A stretch of DNA of 64,000 bases from Thermodesulfobacteriota bacterium (GTDB lineage Bacteria; Desulfobacterota_D; UBA1144; Nemesobacterales; JAJCZQ01), in assembly GCA_965203965.1 (NCBI GenBank), contig CBDBDR010000017.1, positions 1,248,001 through 1,312,000 of the forward strand, in the 5' to 3' direction. A program made the translations under genes and the position numbers. Positions 20,261-30,593 of this stretch are shown one piece after another. The notes beneath the pieces are model-generated. The model was not told the origin of the DNA. It made no database searches and worked only from the letters and a program-made list of their open reading frames with translations. The number at the start of each line of letters is the position of its first letter. Position 1 is the stretch's first letter.

Positions 20261-21097
20261 ATGAATGATATGGTTCAAATTAATGAACAATTAGGGGTTA
20301 CCACCGAAACAAAAATTGATTCGCTGGTAACGTGTGAAGTATCTGAGCCAATAGTTGAGGTGAAGAATTTATACCTGAGCTATGGTACTAAAGAAGCTTT
20401 AACTAATATATGTATGGGAATACCTAAAAATGAAACAACTGCTTTTATCGGTCCTTCCGGATGCGGTAAATCCACTCTTCTCAGGTGTTTTAACAGGCTG
20501 AACGATCTTGTGGATGATTGCCATATAAAGGGTGAAGTCAAGATTAGCGGAAAAAACGTGTACGACCCAACAATTGATATTGCTAACCTTAGAAAAAGGG
20601 TCGGCATGGTATTCCAAAAATCTAACCCGTTCCCAAAATCAATTTATGAAAACGTTGCTTATGGTGCAAGGATAGCTGGTATTAAAAAAAAGGAAGTTGT
20701 AGATGAAATAGTGGAAAAAAGCCTCAGGAGTGCTGCTCTTTGGGATGAGATGAAAGATAGGTTGGATGACAGTGCTCTGGGAATATCGGGGGGTCAGCAA
20801 CAAAGACTGTGCATAGCAAGAGCAATAGCAGTTGAACCAGAGGTTCTTTTAATGGATGAGCCATGTTCTGCACTTGATCCGATTGCCACGGGCAAAATTG
20901 AAGACCTTATTACTGAGTTGAAAAAAAATTACACAATTGTTATAGTCACGCATAATATGCAGCAGGCTTCCAGAGTATCCGATTATACGGCTTTTATGTA
21001 TTTGGGGAAATTGATAGAATACGATAAAACCGAGAAGATATTTCTTAATCCTTCGCTAAAGCAAACTGAAGATTACGTCTCGGGCAAGTTTGGTTGA
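20261..21097 (+). CDS. pstB: Phosphate ABC ATPase
   Basis: [44 protein letters not shown]. Confidence 0.97.
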   Translation: MNDMVQINEQLGVTTETKIDSLVTCEVSEPIVEVKNLYLSYGTKEALTNICMGIPKNETTAFIGPSGCGKSTLLRCFNRLNDLVDDCHIKGEVKISGKNVYDPTIDIANLRKRVGMVFQKSNPFPKSIYENVAYGARIAGIKKKEVVDEIVEKSLRSAALWDEMKDRLDDSALGISGGQQQRLCIARAIAVEPEVLLMDEPCSALDPIATGKIEDLITELKKNYTIVIVTHNMQQASRVSDYTAFMYLGKLIEYDKTEKIFLNPSLKQTEDYVSGKFG

Positions 21098-21100
21098 TCT

Positions 21101-21220
21101 ATGTCAAGACCGGAAAATATGAATAGATTTGCCGTGGAAGCAATGAAAGATATAGAAGTAGGTATTACAGGCATTATTCAAAAAGCGTGGATTTCGTTAG
21201 TTTTAGCTAAGGTGTGTTAG
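21101..21220 (+). pseudogene. Probable internal fragment of an LMWP-type arsenate reductase (arsC-like)
   Basis: SRPENMNRFAVEAMKDIEVGITG, then HYSKSVD in a shifted frame at 21172-21192; resembles ArsC core from memory. Confidence 0.5.
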
Positions 21221-21233
21221 GTGGAGGGGTATC

Positions 21234-21905
21234 ATGATCAAATTTGACGAGGAATTAATAGAACTGAACAAAATGATTTCGGAAATGGCTTCAGAAGTTG
21301 AAGACATGATAGCGAAGAGCGTGAAGTCTTTGATTGATAGAAATATGATACTGGCACAAGAAGTTATTAACAATGACAAGAACGTCAACGAGATGGAAAT
21401 AGCAATAGACAATCAGGCTATCAAGGTGCTTGGGCTTTACCAGCCTGAAGCCGAGGATCTGAGGGTTATTACAATGATAATGAAAATCAACAATGATTTG
21501 GAAAGAATTGGCGACCATTCCGTGAGCATCGCAAAACTTTCCCTTTATCTTTCTGAACAGCCAGAGATCAAGCCATTGATTGATATACCTAGGATGGCTG
21601 ATAAAGCCATTGAGATGCTTAAAGATGCACTGAGTTGCTTTATAAATAAGGATCCCAAGGGGGCAGTTCTTGTGTGCAAAAAAGATGACGAGGTTGATAG
21701 TTTAGAGCCGCAGATAGTAAGAGAGTTGATGACCTACATTATATCTGACCCACATATTCTTGACAAAGCATTTAGGCTGATATTTGTAGCGAGGCATTTG
21801 GAAAGAGTTGCGGATCTGGCTACAAACATAGCAGAAGGTGCCTACTATATTGCGACCGGTGAAGTTTTGAAACATCATCATACTTCGGAGATGAATCAAA
21901 ATTAA
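21234..21905 (+). CDS. phoU: Phosphate signalling protein PhoU
   Basis: QPEAEDLR, DLERIGDH, DDEVD, LERVADLATNIAE. Confidence 0.96.
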   Translation: MIKFDEELIELNKMISEMASEVEDMIAKSVKSLIDRNMILAQEVINNDKNVNEMEIAIDNQAIKVLGLYQPEAEDLRVITMIMKINNDLERIGDHSVSIAKLSLYLSEQPEIKPLIDIPRMADKAIEMLKDALSCFINKDPKGAVLVCKKDDEVDSLEPQIVRELMTYIISDPHILDKAFRLIFVARHLERVADLATNIAEGAYYIATGEVLKHHHTSEMNQN

Positions 21906-23284
21906 ATAGAGGGGACGTTTCCATTTATTGGTAATTCAACTGTAAATTCACTTCCCTTTCCCATCTCACTGCTAAGAGTAATGCTACCACCGTGCACAAG
22001 CACGATATGCTTTACGATGCTCAATCCAAGACCTGTGCCACCTGCTTCTCTTGACCTGTTTTTATCCACTCTGTAGAACCTTTCAAACACTCTGTTCTGA
22101 TGCTCTTTCGGTATTCCTATGCCAGTGTCCGAGATTTTAACCACAGCAGACTTTACATCCTTATAGGAGTTTAACCTTATTTCTCCGCCGTATTTGTTAT
22201 ATTTGATTGCATTGTCTATCAGGTTTATCAACATTTGCTCCAAAAAAAACTTAATGCCGTAAATAGAAGGTAAATTGTCTTCCAGTTCAATTTTTTCCCT
22301 TATATTTTTCTCTCGGGATTTTCTTTTCAGAAAATTGACCGCGTGGATGATCATCTCGTTTACACTGGTCTTTTCAAAGTCCCAATTTGCTCTGTCCGGG
22401 GATAAAGCATATTTTCCCTCAAGCTCCGAGAGTATCAGTAAGTCTGAAACAATGCTTATAAGTCTGTTTGTATTTCTTATAATGATTTTAATAAACTGCA
22501 TCCATTCTTCCTGATTTTCATAAGCACCTTCGTCTATGGTTTCAGCGTAACCCTTGACTGAGGTTAAAGGTGTTTTCAATTCATGGGAGACATTTGCGAT
22601 AAAGTCGGCTTTGATCTTTTCTAGCTTTTTAAACTCTGTAATATCGAATATTACGATTACAATCTCTTCCAAGGGTGGGTCCAGCAAAATCGTACTGGCT
22701 AGGTAGTGTTTATCTTCAGGGTAGATAGTGTTTATCTCTTTTTCCAAACCCTTTTGGTTTTTCAGAGTTTCGGACAACATTTCATTAAGCTGTTTGTTTC
22801 TCAGAGTTTCCCAGTAAGGTTTACCGATGTGTGTTTTATCAAGTTGTAACATGGAGGATGCAGATTTGTTTACCAGATTGAGGGTACCTTTTACTGAAAA
22901 CACAATGACACCTTCACTCATTGCGTCCAGCATTGATACAAGCTCATTTTTTCCTCTGTTGAGATCGAGCAAGGTGTTTTTGAGCTTAATAGCGTTATCG
23001 TTTAATGTTAATGAAAAAGACGGGTACAGATAGTCAAGTGAGCGGTCAAAGGTGCTCCCATCAGATCCCCCCTCTGACAGTATGTTGGAAAAATTAACTA
23101 TCTTTTCAAGAACGGCGTTGATGGATTTTTCCAGGTGATAGCAAAGCAGTATAGTAAACAAAAGTAGGGAACCCCCTAAAATTATAATAGCTTTCCCCTC
23201 CGTGACAGAGAAGAAGTAGAGAGTGAGTAAAGTCAGCCCTAAGAGAGTGGTTATGAAGAGTAGATTTTTTCTAAAAAGCCTCAA
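21902..23284 (-). CDS. phoR: Phosphate regulon sensor kinase
   Basis: 2 TM helices, PAS-like region, FIANVSHELKTPL, NLIDNAIKY, FERFYRVD, GTGLGL; pst context. Confidence 0.88.
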   Translation of the reverse strand: MRLFRKNLLFITTLLGLTLLTLYFFSVTEGKAIIILGGSLLLFTILLCYHLEKSINAVLEKIVNFSNILSEGGSDGSTFDRSLDYLYPSFSLTLNDNAIKLKNTLLDLNRGKNELVSMLDAMSEGVIVFSVKGTLNLVNKSASSMLQLDKTHIGKPYWETLRNKQLNEMLSETLKNQKGLEKEINTIYPEDKHYLASTILLDPPLEEIVIVIFDITEFKKLEKIKADFIANVSHELKTPLTSVKGYAETIDEGAYENQEEWMQFIKIIIRNTNRLISIVSDLLILSELEGKYALSPDRANWDFEKTSVNEMIIHAVNFLKRKSREKNIREKIELEDNLPSIYGIKFFLEQMLINLIDNAIKYNKYGGEIRLNSYKDVKSAVVKISDTGIGIPKEHQNRVFERFYRVDKNRSREAGGTGLGLSIVKHIVLVHGGSITLSSEMGKGSEFTVELPINGNVPSI

Positions 23285-23288
23285 TTTC

Positions 23289-23978
23289 TTATAAGTCCAA
23301 CTTATAACCTATGCTTCTTATCGTTTTTATCATTTTACCCGAACTTCCGAGCTTGTCTCTCAGGTTTTTAATGTGGACGTCAATTGTTCTATCATATACT
23401 AACTTGTCGTCTCCCCATAATCTCTTTTGCTTGAGCAGTTGGTCTCTGGTAAACACTCTACCGTTACCATTTATCAGAGATTCCAATATTTTAAATTCGG
23501 TCGTGGTAAGCTCCACTTTTTTGTTCTTTACGTGAACCTCATATCTTTGGATATTGATATAGAGGTCTCCTATTTTTACCACGTCCTCAGTTGTTTCTTG
23601 TTTGTTTGAGCGTTTCAACACGGTTTTAACTCTCGCTAAAAGCTCCCTAGGGCTGAATGGTTTAACAATGTAGTCGTCAGCTCCAATTTCAAGTCCGACC
23701 ACAATGTCTGATTCAGTCCCTTTTGCAGTAAGCATTATTATTGGTATTGATGACGTGGAGTTTTTGCTTTTGAGCAGTTTGCAAAGCTCAAGACCATCTA
23801 TCCCAGGCAGCATAATATCCAGTATAACAAGGTTTGGTTTAATGGACTTGAGATACACAAGGAAGTCTCTGCCGTTTTGGAACTCTTTGGTTTTGTATCC
23901 TTCTCTTTTTAGGTGGTGACTTACAAGATTTAATATATCTTTTTCATCGTCCACTATTGCTATCAACTTGTCCATCAT
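23289..23978 (-). CDS. phoB: OmpR-family phosphate response regulator
   Basis: Receiver domain (LDIMLPG, KPFS) plus winged helix (RTIDVHI); pst context. Confidence 0.88.
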   Translation of the reverse strand: MMDKLIAIVDDEKDILNLVSHHLKREGYKTKEFQNGRDFLVYLKSIKPNLVILDIMLPGIDGLELCKLLKSKNSTSSIPIIMLTAKGTESDIVVGLEIGADDYIVKPFSPRELLARVKTVLKRSNKQETTEDVVKIGDLYINIQRYEVHVKNKKVELTTTEFKILESLINGNGRVFTRDQLLKQKRLWGDDKLVYDRTIDVHIKNLRDKLGSSGKMIKTIRSIGYKLDL

Positions 23979-24138
23979 ACGAATATTAAAACCTCCTTTG
24001 CATTATTCAGAACTTGTCAGCGTTGGCGGAATTTTCAGTGTCATTAAAGACTTTAAGGATGGAGATGAGAAAATCATGCCAGCTTCTTAACCTTATGATC
24101 AGAACTCTATAGCAATTCACAATTTTAATAAACTTTCC

Positions 24139-24192
24139 TTAACAAGATTTTAACAAGGTTTTAACGATTTTTTAATTGTTCAATTTTAGGTT
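24139..24192 (+). promoter_or_regulatory. Pho box array and -10 element of the porin gene
   Basis: TTAAC at 24139, 24150, 24161 and TTAAT at 24172 (11-bp period); TAGGTT at 24187. Confidence 0.82.
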
Positions 24193-24223
24193 TATAGCCA
24201 ATCAAAATTTCAGGAGGATGCAG

Positions 24224-25573
24224 ATGCAGTTAAGGAGTTTTGTTATTAAAGGTTTCATATTGTTACTTGGTTTTTTCATGGCACTTCCTTTCAGCACTTG
24301 GATTGCTAATGCGGAAAGCAACCAAGGTTACGTTGCAGGGTCACGTAACGACATCAGAAGTCTCAAGAGGCAGTTGAAAGAGCTTCAGATGAAGATAGAG
24401 CAGCTTGAGAATCAGAACCAGATTTTTAATCAGAAACTTTATGATGCTGTTAACACGGATAAACCCATGAAGGATAGTTGGGTGGATAAGATCAAGATTA
24501 AAACAAAAAAGGGTCTTACCTTTCAGACTAAGGACAAAAATTACAAAATGAGAATGAGACTCCGTGGGCAGTTTCTGGCAAATTATGTAGATCCAGAAGG
24601 TGACGACAATGAGGGTTTCGGCTTCAGAGTAAGACGACTCAGACTTTATTTAGATGGTAATGCTTTTGCTCCATGGATGAAATATAAATTTCAGTATGAT
24701 TTTTCAAGAGATGGTGAGCTGAAAGACTTGAAATTTATATTTGCTAAAAACAAGATGTTTGTACCTATGGTTGGTCAATACAAAGTTCCATTCAACAGGG
24801 GAGCGTTGAACTCTTCATCGGCACTTCAGATGGTTGGTCATTCTATAGTAACAGATTACTTTGAATATGGCAGGGATATAGGTGGTGGCGTTTACGGTCT
24901 TCTTGCTGATGGCAGGATACGCTATGAGGTAGGTGTTTTTCAGGGTGAAGGTGCCAACGTGGGAACCGACAATGACGACATTGGCGTTTTGTTGGCAGGG
25001 AGAATACAGGCTGCTGTTTTTGGAGACGATGCAAAAAAAGTTAAAGAAAATTTTGCCAAAGAGCCTACTCTTATTTTCGGTATTGCAGCTGCGGGAATAG
25101 ATGTTGATAGTAATGAAAACAAAAGTGAGAATAACATTGGAATTCCTGAAGGAGAAAGAACTTTAACGGGTGGCGGAAGAGTTACTTCCGTAACTGCTGA
25201 TATAAATTACAGGCACGCTGATTTATTCAACCTTACAGGTGAGTACATCGGAAGATGGTTGAATTCTGATGTTGACAATACAGACACCGCTTATGATTAT
25301 GGTTTCAGAGTTCAGGGAGGTTTGTTCTTAGTGCCGAAAAAGTTTGAGATCGCCTCCAGATATGCTATGGTTGTTTTTGATGACGACGTGTCTTCTGAGT
25401 CGGAGGATTTGTTGGATAACGTGTGGGCTTTCAATCAAAGTTTCAACTACTACCTGAGCGGAAATCACAAGTGGAAACTTCAGGTTGACTACACTTATCA
25501 GAGAGAAGAAAACACGGATGGTGTAAGGGAAAATGAAAATCTTGTAAGGGCACAGGTTCAGGCTTATTTCTAA
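24224..25573 (+). CDS. Phosphate-selective porin (OprO/OprP family)
   Basis: Signal peptide, coiled coil, FRVRRLRL, GQYKVPF, GRDIG, terminal F; AGGAGG before ATG 24224. Confidence 0.85.
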   Translation: MQLRSFVIKGFILLLGFFMALPFSTWIANAESNQGYVAGSRNDIRSLKRQLKELQMKIEQLENQNQIFNQKLYDAVNTDKPMKDSWVDKIKIKTKKGLTFQTKDKNYKMRMRLRGQFLANYVDPEGDDNEGFGFRVRRLRLYLDGNAFAPWMKYKFQYDFSRDGELKDLKFIFAKNKMFVPMVGQYKVPFNRGALNSSSALQMVGHSIVTDYFEYGRDIGGGVYGLLADGRIRYEVGVFQGEGANVGTDNDDIGVLLAGRIQAAVFGDDAKKVKENFAKEPTLIFGIAAAGIDVDSNENKSENNIGIPEGERTLTGGGRVTSVTADINYRHADLFNLTGEYIGRWLNSDVDNTDTAYDYGFRVQGGLFLVPKKFEIASRYAMVVFDDDVSSESEDLLDNVWAFNQSFNYYLSGNHKWKLQVDYTYQREENTDGVRENENLVRAQVQAYF

Positions 25574-25610
25574 ACCAAATAAGTTTTTACTCATCTCTAT
25601 CATGTGATAA

Positions 25611-25638
25611 AAGACCCGGCTTCAACTTGCCGGGTCTT
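25611..25638 (+). terminator. Rho-independent terminator
   Basis: AAGACCCGGC-ttcaactt-GCCGGGTCTT followed by an AT-rich tract. Confidence 0.8.
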
Positions 25639-25805
25639 ATTATTTCTTATGTTGGCAAGCTAATGAACTGTTGACAAAAAGAAGAGAGTTTGTACAGTTC
25701 ATCCATCATAGCACTCCCTTCATCAAGGGGGGATAAAAAAGCAATGTCAATGCAAATCTACAATGAATTAAACAAGTAGACCATTCTTGGTTGAGTAAAT
25801 AACAC

Positions 25806-25834
25806 TTGACACGGCTTAATAATTTATTTACAAT
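25806..25834 (+). promoter_or_regulatory. Near-consensus sigma70 promoter
   Basis: TTGACA-17 nt-TACAAT; AAGGAGG RBS downstream. Confidence 0.75.
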
Positions 25835-25880
25835 ACACAGAAAAAGTAATCACATGATTTTATTAAGGAGGTAGAAAGAG

Positions 25881-27494
25881 ATGAGAATAGCCAAATGGCT
25901 TATGTTCTTTCTTATAAGTTTGAGCTTCACTGTACCAGTTGAAGCTGTTGATTTGACCTTGGGCGGTTTTCCAAGTTATTTTCGCCAAAGGGTTCGTTAC
26001 ATACAGGATGCCACTTATGTAAATGCTCTTAACGAGCAGGCAGCCATAGCAGATGGATTTGCAAATACTGATGATTCCCTCGTGTTTGTGGATACTACCT
26101 TTCGTTTGACTCCGCAGTTGAAACTGAGTGACGTTGTGACTATCAGAGCACAGGTTGACGTTTTCAGTAACAATCTCTGGGGTGGGCTTACTTCAGACTT
26201 ATTGGGTGCAGGTGCTGGTCGTGGTTCAACGGTTGTAAACTCGGGGCTTTCTTCTCAAGATAGAGTGAGAGGTCCGCTGTTGACCGGAAGTAGCGCCGTT
26301 GATGACAACGGGTTTATGGAGTTCCGTATGCTTCACATTGACATGGTGCTTCCAAACAATCTAGGTTTTGTAAGGATCGGTCGTCAGCCTTTTGACTGGG
26401 GTCTCGGTATTCTTGCAAACGGTGGTTGGGATCCAAATTCCGACTTAGGATTTTTGGTTGACAGGTTTTTGTGGCTCAAGACTTTTCCAACGGGAGATTC
26501 TAGTGTGACGTTAGTGGTGGTGAGCGATGTTCTTTCTCAAGGTAACACTTTCGCCACGGGGACTGGTAATGCCTACGACGTTGGAGCCGTTGCCGTTATC
26601 TACAATGTTCCAGATGTTGGAGGAGTTAATGTAACCCTTGGTGGTTACGTGTTCCCGTATATTCATCAGAACAACTTTTCTTTTGGTACAAGGGATTACG
26701 CTGATGATGGTAATTTTAACCCAGTTGGTGATTTAGACCGTTTTACTCTTTACTCTGGGTTGATTGATCTGAAGACTGATCTGTGGAAGGTTACTGCTGA
26801 ACTTCAGGGTGGGTTTGGAAAAATAAGCGATTTCTTCGGCCAAGAAGCTGATACAGACATTTCAAACCAGATACTCTGGGCGGTTCGTGGAGAAATGTAT
26901 CCAGGCACGCTGCCATTAAGTGTAGTTGGAGCTGAGTTTGGTTGGGCTGATGGTGATAAAGCTACAACATCTGCCTTAGATGAGATAGAAGGTGGAGTTA
27001 TTGTTTTCAGTCCTGCTTATAATCTTGACAACCTTCTCTTTAAGCACATGATTCCAAATATCTATCAAGGTGCTAACGCAATAGCCAGAAATGAATCCAG
27101 TGTTCAAAATGCTTATTATGCAAGGGCATACGCAACTATGAAGTTGAATGAGATGTTCTCATTCACGCCACAGGTATTGGTTGCATGGAATCAGGAGACT
27201 GAGAGCGTTATAACGGCAGGTCAGGATATTGCCAGTTACCTTGGTACGGAGGTTGAAGGTACCTTGACTTGGAATATCTATCCCGGTGTAACTTTTGACC
27301 TTATTGGTAGCATAATCTTTGCTGGTGATGGTCTTACGGATATGCTGGAGCAGCAAGCTGCTAATGTTGTTGGTGGATTATGTGCCGGAACACCTGATGG
27401 TGCTACTTGCGCGGCAGCCAGTGGCAGTGCTGAAGATGTACCTTATGCGATACAGGGTAAATTGCTCGTGTCCATTGACCAGTTTTTTAAGTAG
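25881..27494 (+). CDS. Outer-membrane beta-barrel protein of unknown family (possible major porin)
   Basis: Signal peptide; alternating beta-strand pattern; RIGRQPFDWGLGILAN and YLGTEVEG motifs; acidic loops. Confidence 0.7.
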   Translation: MRIAKWLMFFLISLSFTVPVEAVDLTLGGFPSYFRQRVRYIQDATYVNALNEQAAIADGFANTDDSLVFVDTTFRLTPQLKLSDVVTIRAQVDVFSNNLWGGLTSDLLGAGAGRGSTVVNSGLSSQDRVRGPLLTGSSAVDDNGFMEFRMLHIDMVLPNNLGFVRIGRQPFDWGLGILANGGWDPNSDLGFLVDRFLWLKTFPTGDSSVTLVVVSDVLSQGNTFATGTGNAYDVGAVAVIYNVPDVGGVNVTLGGYVFPYIHQNNFSFGTRDYADDGNFNPVGDLDRFTLYSGLIDLKTDLWKVTAELQGGFGKISDFFGQEADTDISNQILWAVRGEMYPGTLPLSVVGAEFGWADGDKATTSALDEIEGGVIVFSPAYNLDNLLFKHMIPNIYQGANAIARNESSVQNAYYARAYATMKLNEMFSFTPQVLVAWNQETESVITAGQDIASYLGTEVEGTLTWNIYPGVTFDLIGSIIFAGDGLTDMLEQQAANVVGGLCAGTPDGATCAAASGSAEDVPYAIQGKLLVSIDQFFK

Positions 27495-27530
27495 AAATTA
27501 AATCAGTTTTACAAAAACTGAAGAAGAGTA

Positions 27531-27566
27531 AAAAGGCAACCATTTATTATGGTTGCCTTTTTTTTT
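27531..27566 (+). terminator. Rho-independent terminator
   Basis: AAAAGGCAACCAT-ttatt-ATGGTTGCCTTTT plus a poly-T run. Confidence 0.9.
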
Positions 27567-27616
27567 ATTCTGATCTTGGCAGTAATGTCAGTTAAAATAC
27601 AGATCTGAGTTCAAAT

Positions 27617-28624
27617 ATGAGTATTTCAAGTGAAGTAAAAAGCGTCAGGAATAATGCGGGACTTATAGATCTTTCGCACAGAGGTAAATTGAAGCTGTCA
27701 GGAAAAGAGCATTTGAATTTGTTGCAGGGAATGCTTACTAATGACGTTATCAAGCTAAAAAAATTCAAGGGACTTTATGCAACCTCACTTACGGCGAAGG
27801 GAAAGATCATTGCCGATATGAGACTTCATAAATTGGATGATAACATCATACTTGATCTTGAGTCTCATATAAGCAAGAAGTTCCGTCAATATTTACTAAA
27901 ATACAAACTTTCTTATAAGGTAGATATAGAAGACCTCACCCGCAAACGCAGTTTGTTTCATCTCTGTGGTCCGAACTCAACTGAGGTCTTGAAGAGGAGT
28001 TTTAACTTAGGACAAGATTTACTGGACGAGTTTGATTTGTTGAAGTTAACTGAGCAGAGTAGAGAATTGCTTGTGGCTAAGATCAACCGTACGGGGGAGA
28101 CGGGTTATGATATTTATGCCGATGAAGATAAGGGATTTAGTCTCTGGTTAAGAATACTTAAGTCTAATTCTACTTATGGTTTGAAACCTTTTAAATTAGA
28201 AACTATGAACACACTAAGAATTGAAGCTGGTATTCCAATCTTGGGAAAAGATATGGATGAGAATACAATACCGATTGAATCAGGATTATGGAATGCACTA
28301 AATTTTGAAAAGGGTTGCTATATTGGTCAAGAGATTATTGCGAGGATAAAGTGGAGAGGTAATGTAGCAAAACACTTGGTCGGTTTTAATATTGAAGGGG
28401 ATAAAAATGTTACGACGCCGGGTTGTGAGGTTTTTGCGGAAGATAAAAAAGTTGGATGGATAACTTCTTCCACTTACTCGCCCACATTTGAAAGACCAAT
28501 AGCTCTTGGTTATATAAAAAGGGGGTTTAATAAAGAAGGGTTGAGTGTGGATATAGAAAATTCAGAGGCAGGATATGTGAAGGCAACCGTTGCTGATTTG
28601 CCTTTCATAGATAACTTTACATGA
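27617..28624 (+). CDS. ygfZ: YgfZ/GcvT-like folate-binding protein
   Basis: KGCYIGQE signature, RIEAG, DLSHRGK. Confidence 0.85.
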   Translation: MSISSEVKSVRNNAGLIDLSHRGKLKLSGKEHLNLLQGMLTNDVIKLKKFKGLYATSLTAKGKIIADMRLHKLDDNIILDLESHISKKFRQYLLKYKLSYKVDIEDLTRKRSLFHLCGPNSTEVLKRSFNLGQDLLDEFDLLKLTEQSRELLVAKINRTGETGYDIYADEDKGFSLWLRILKSNSTYGLKPFKLETMNTLRIEAGIPILGKDMDENTIPIESGLWNALNFEKGCYIGQEIIARIKWRGNVAKHLVGFNIEGDKNVTTPGCEVFAEDKKVGWITSSTYSPTFERPIALGYIKRGFNKEGLSVDIENSEAGYVKATVADLPFIDNFT

Positions 28625-28722
28625 GGGTAATTTTTGCTTAGCACAGTAATATTATTGACTGTTATTAAGTTATGGTGATATTATTTGTATTCGTCAAGTA
28701 TCAAGTATTTAAGGGGGTATAG

Positions 28723-29778
28723 TTGATAATTAATTCAATACTGGGTCTTTTCTCAAATGATCTTGCAATTGATCTTGGAACGGCAAACACTTTGGTTTAC
28801 GTAGAAGGGAAAGGGGTGGTGGCTGATGAGCCTTCGGTAGTGGCAGTGCGGCAAGACTCCAAAGGAAAAAAAACAACTCTTGCCGTGGGCAAGGAAGCGT
28901 ATGAAATGGTTGGTAGAACTCCTGGTTCAATAGAGGTTGTGAGGCCTCTCAGAGATGGGGTAATTGCAGATTTTGAAATTGCTCAGAGAATGATTGAATA
29001 TTTTATCAAAAAATCCCATAACAACAGGGGAAATTTCTTGGGTTTGAGACCGAGAGTAGTTATCTCTGTTCCGATAGGTATAACAGAAGTTGAACAAAGA
29101 GCTGTGCAGGAATCGGCAGAAGCTGCAGGGGCAAGGGAAGTATTCCTGGTTGAAGAGACGATGTCTGCAGCGCTCGGCACAGGGATTGCCGTAACTGAAC
29201 CTGAGGGAAATATGGTAGTTGACATTGGCGGTGGCACAACGGGAGTTGCTGTTATTTCTCTTTCTGAAATAGTGATCAGCAGTTGTATCAAGGTTGGCGG
29301 AGATAAACTCAATGAGTCTATTATGCAATACATGAAGCAAAACCACAACATACTGATAGGTGAAAGGACGGCAGAGAATATCAAAAAGAAAGTTAGTACA
29401 CTCAATCTAAAAGAAAATGGTGACGGTGCTGTCAATTCATATCAGGTCAAGGGAAGGGATATAAGGTCAGGTGTGCCAGCTACAGTTGAGGTAACTTCGT
29501 ATGAAGTTAGGGAAGCAATGTCTGAATCTATCAAAATGATAGTGAATTCAATCAAGCAGACGCTTGAAAAAACTCCGCCTGAACTTGCTGGGGATATTCT
29601 TGATTCCGGGGTTATACTGGCAGGTGGCGGTGCTCTTATTGGTGGACTCTGTGATATTATAGAAAAAGAGATTGGGATACCCAGCAGTATTGCCGAAGAT
29701 CCTTTAAGGTGCGTTGTTTTGGGTTCAGGATATGCACTTGGAAGCATTGATCTGTTAAAGGGAGTAAGCATCAACTAA
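28723..29778 (+). CDS. mreB: Rod shape-determining protein MreB
   Basis: IDLGTANT, RPLRDGVIADF, DIGGGTT. Confidence 0.97.
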   Translation: MIINSILGLFSNDLAIDLGTANTLVYVEGKGVVADEPSVVAVRQDSKGKKTTLAVGKEAYEMVGRTPGSIEVVRPLRDGVIADFEIAQRMIEYFIKKSHNNRGNFLGLRPRVVISVPIGITEVEQRAVQESAEAAGAREVFLVEETMSAALGTGIAVTEPEGNMVVDIGGGTTGVAVISLSEIVISSCIKVGGDKLNESIMQYMKQNHNILIGERTAENIKKKVSTLNLKENGDGAVNSYQVKGRDIRSGVPATVEVTSYEVREAMSESIKMIVNSIKQTLEKTPPELAGDILDSGVILAGGGALIGGLCDIIEKEIGIPSSIAEDPLRCVVLGSGYALGSIDLLKGVSIN

Positions 29779-29795
29779 AAGCACAACGCGATAAC

Positions 29796-30593
29796 GTGAG
29801 ATTTATAAAAAGACACCCCTTTGTCATATCGTTCCTGCTCTTTTTTTCTACTGTCCTACTTTTCCCTTTTGTTTATAGATATGACAGGGAACCTGTTCCA
29901 ATCTCAAAGTGGGTTATGAAAGTTAACTCCTATCCATATTTGGCTATTAGCAGTGTCAAGTTATCAGTAAAGAATTTATTGGATGACTATGTAGTCCTCA
30001 AAGATAGTAATGAGGAAAATAAAACTTTAAGAGAAGAGAACAGCGGGCTCCGTACTGAATTATTGAGAATGCAGGAAATAGAGTTGCAAAACAAAAGATT
30101 GAGGAGCCTGATGAAATTTGCAGATAGAGACTCCCGTAAATATATTCCGGCGAACGTGATAGGAGGCAGTCCGTCTTTATTCCGTTCTGAATTTCTGGTT
30201 ATAGACAAGGGAGAGCATGACGGGATAAAAAAAGGGATGCCCGTAGCAACGCAAAAAGGTGTTGTAGGAAGAATTTTTTTTGTTAATGATACAAGTTCAA
30301 AGGTTATGCTTATTACCGATCCCGCTAGTGCCATTGATGCTATAGTTCAACGAACACGAGAGAGGGGAATAATCAAAGGCTCTAATGATGGTTGTATGTT
30401 GGAATATCTGAGAAGTGGGTCAGACGTCAGAGAGGGAGATATTGTGATAACTTCCGGCAAGGACAATTTTTATCCAAAAGGCATCCTAATTGGCAAAATT
30501 GAGAACGTGAGAGAGCAGGGGGGATTTTTTAAAGTCAGAATATCACCTGCGGTCTCGGTGCATTCTCTCGAAGAAGTGTTGGTAATTAAATAA
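29796..30593 (+). CDS. mreC: Rod shape-determining protein MreC
   Basis: TM helix, coiled coil, IDKG...GI..GMPV, GDIVITSG. Confidence 0.92.
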   Translation: MRFIKRHPFVISFLLFFSTVLLFPFVYRYDREPVPISKWVMKVNSYPYLAISSVKLSVKNLLDDYVVLKDSNEENKTLREENSGLRTELLRMQEIELQNKRLRSLMKFADRDSRKYIPANVIGGSPSLFRSEFLVIDKGEHDGIKKGMPVATQKGVVGRIFFVNDTSSKVMLITDPASAIDAIVQRTRERGIIKGSNDGCMLEYLRSGSDVREGDIVITSGKDNFYPKGILIGKIENVREQGGFFKVRISPAVSVHSLEEVLVIK

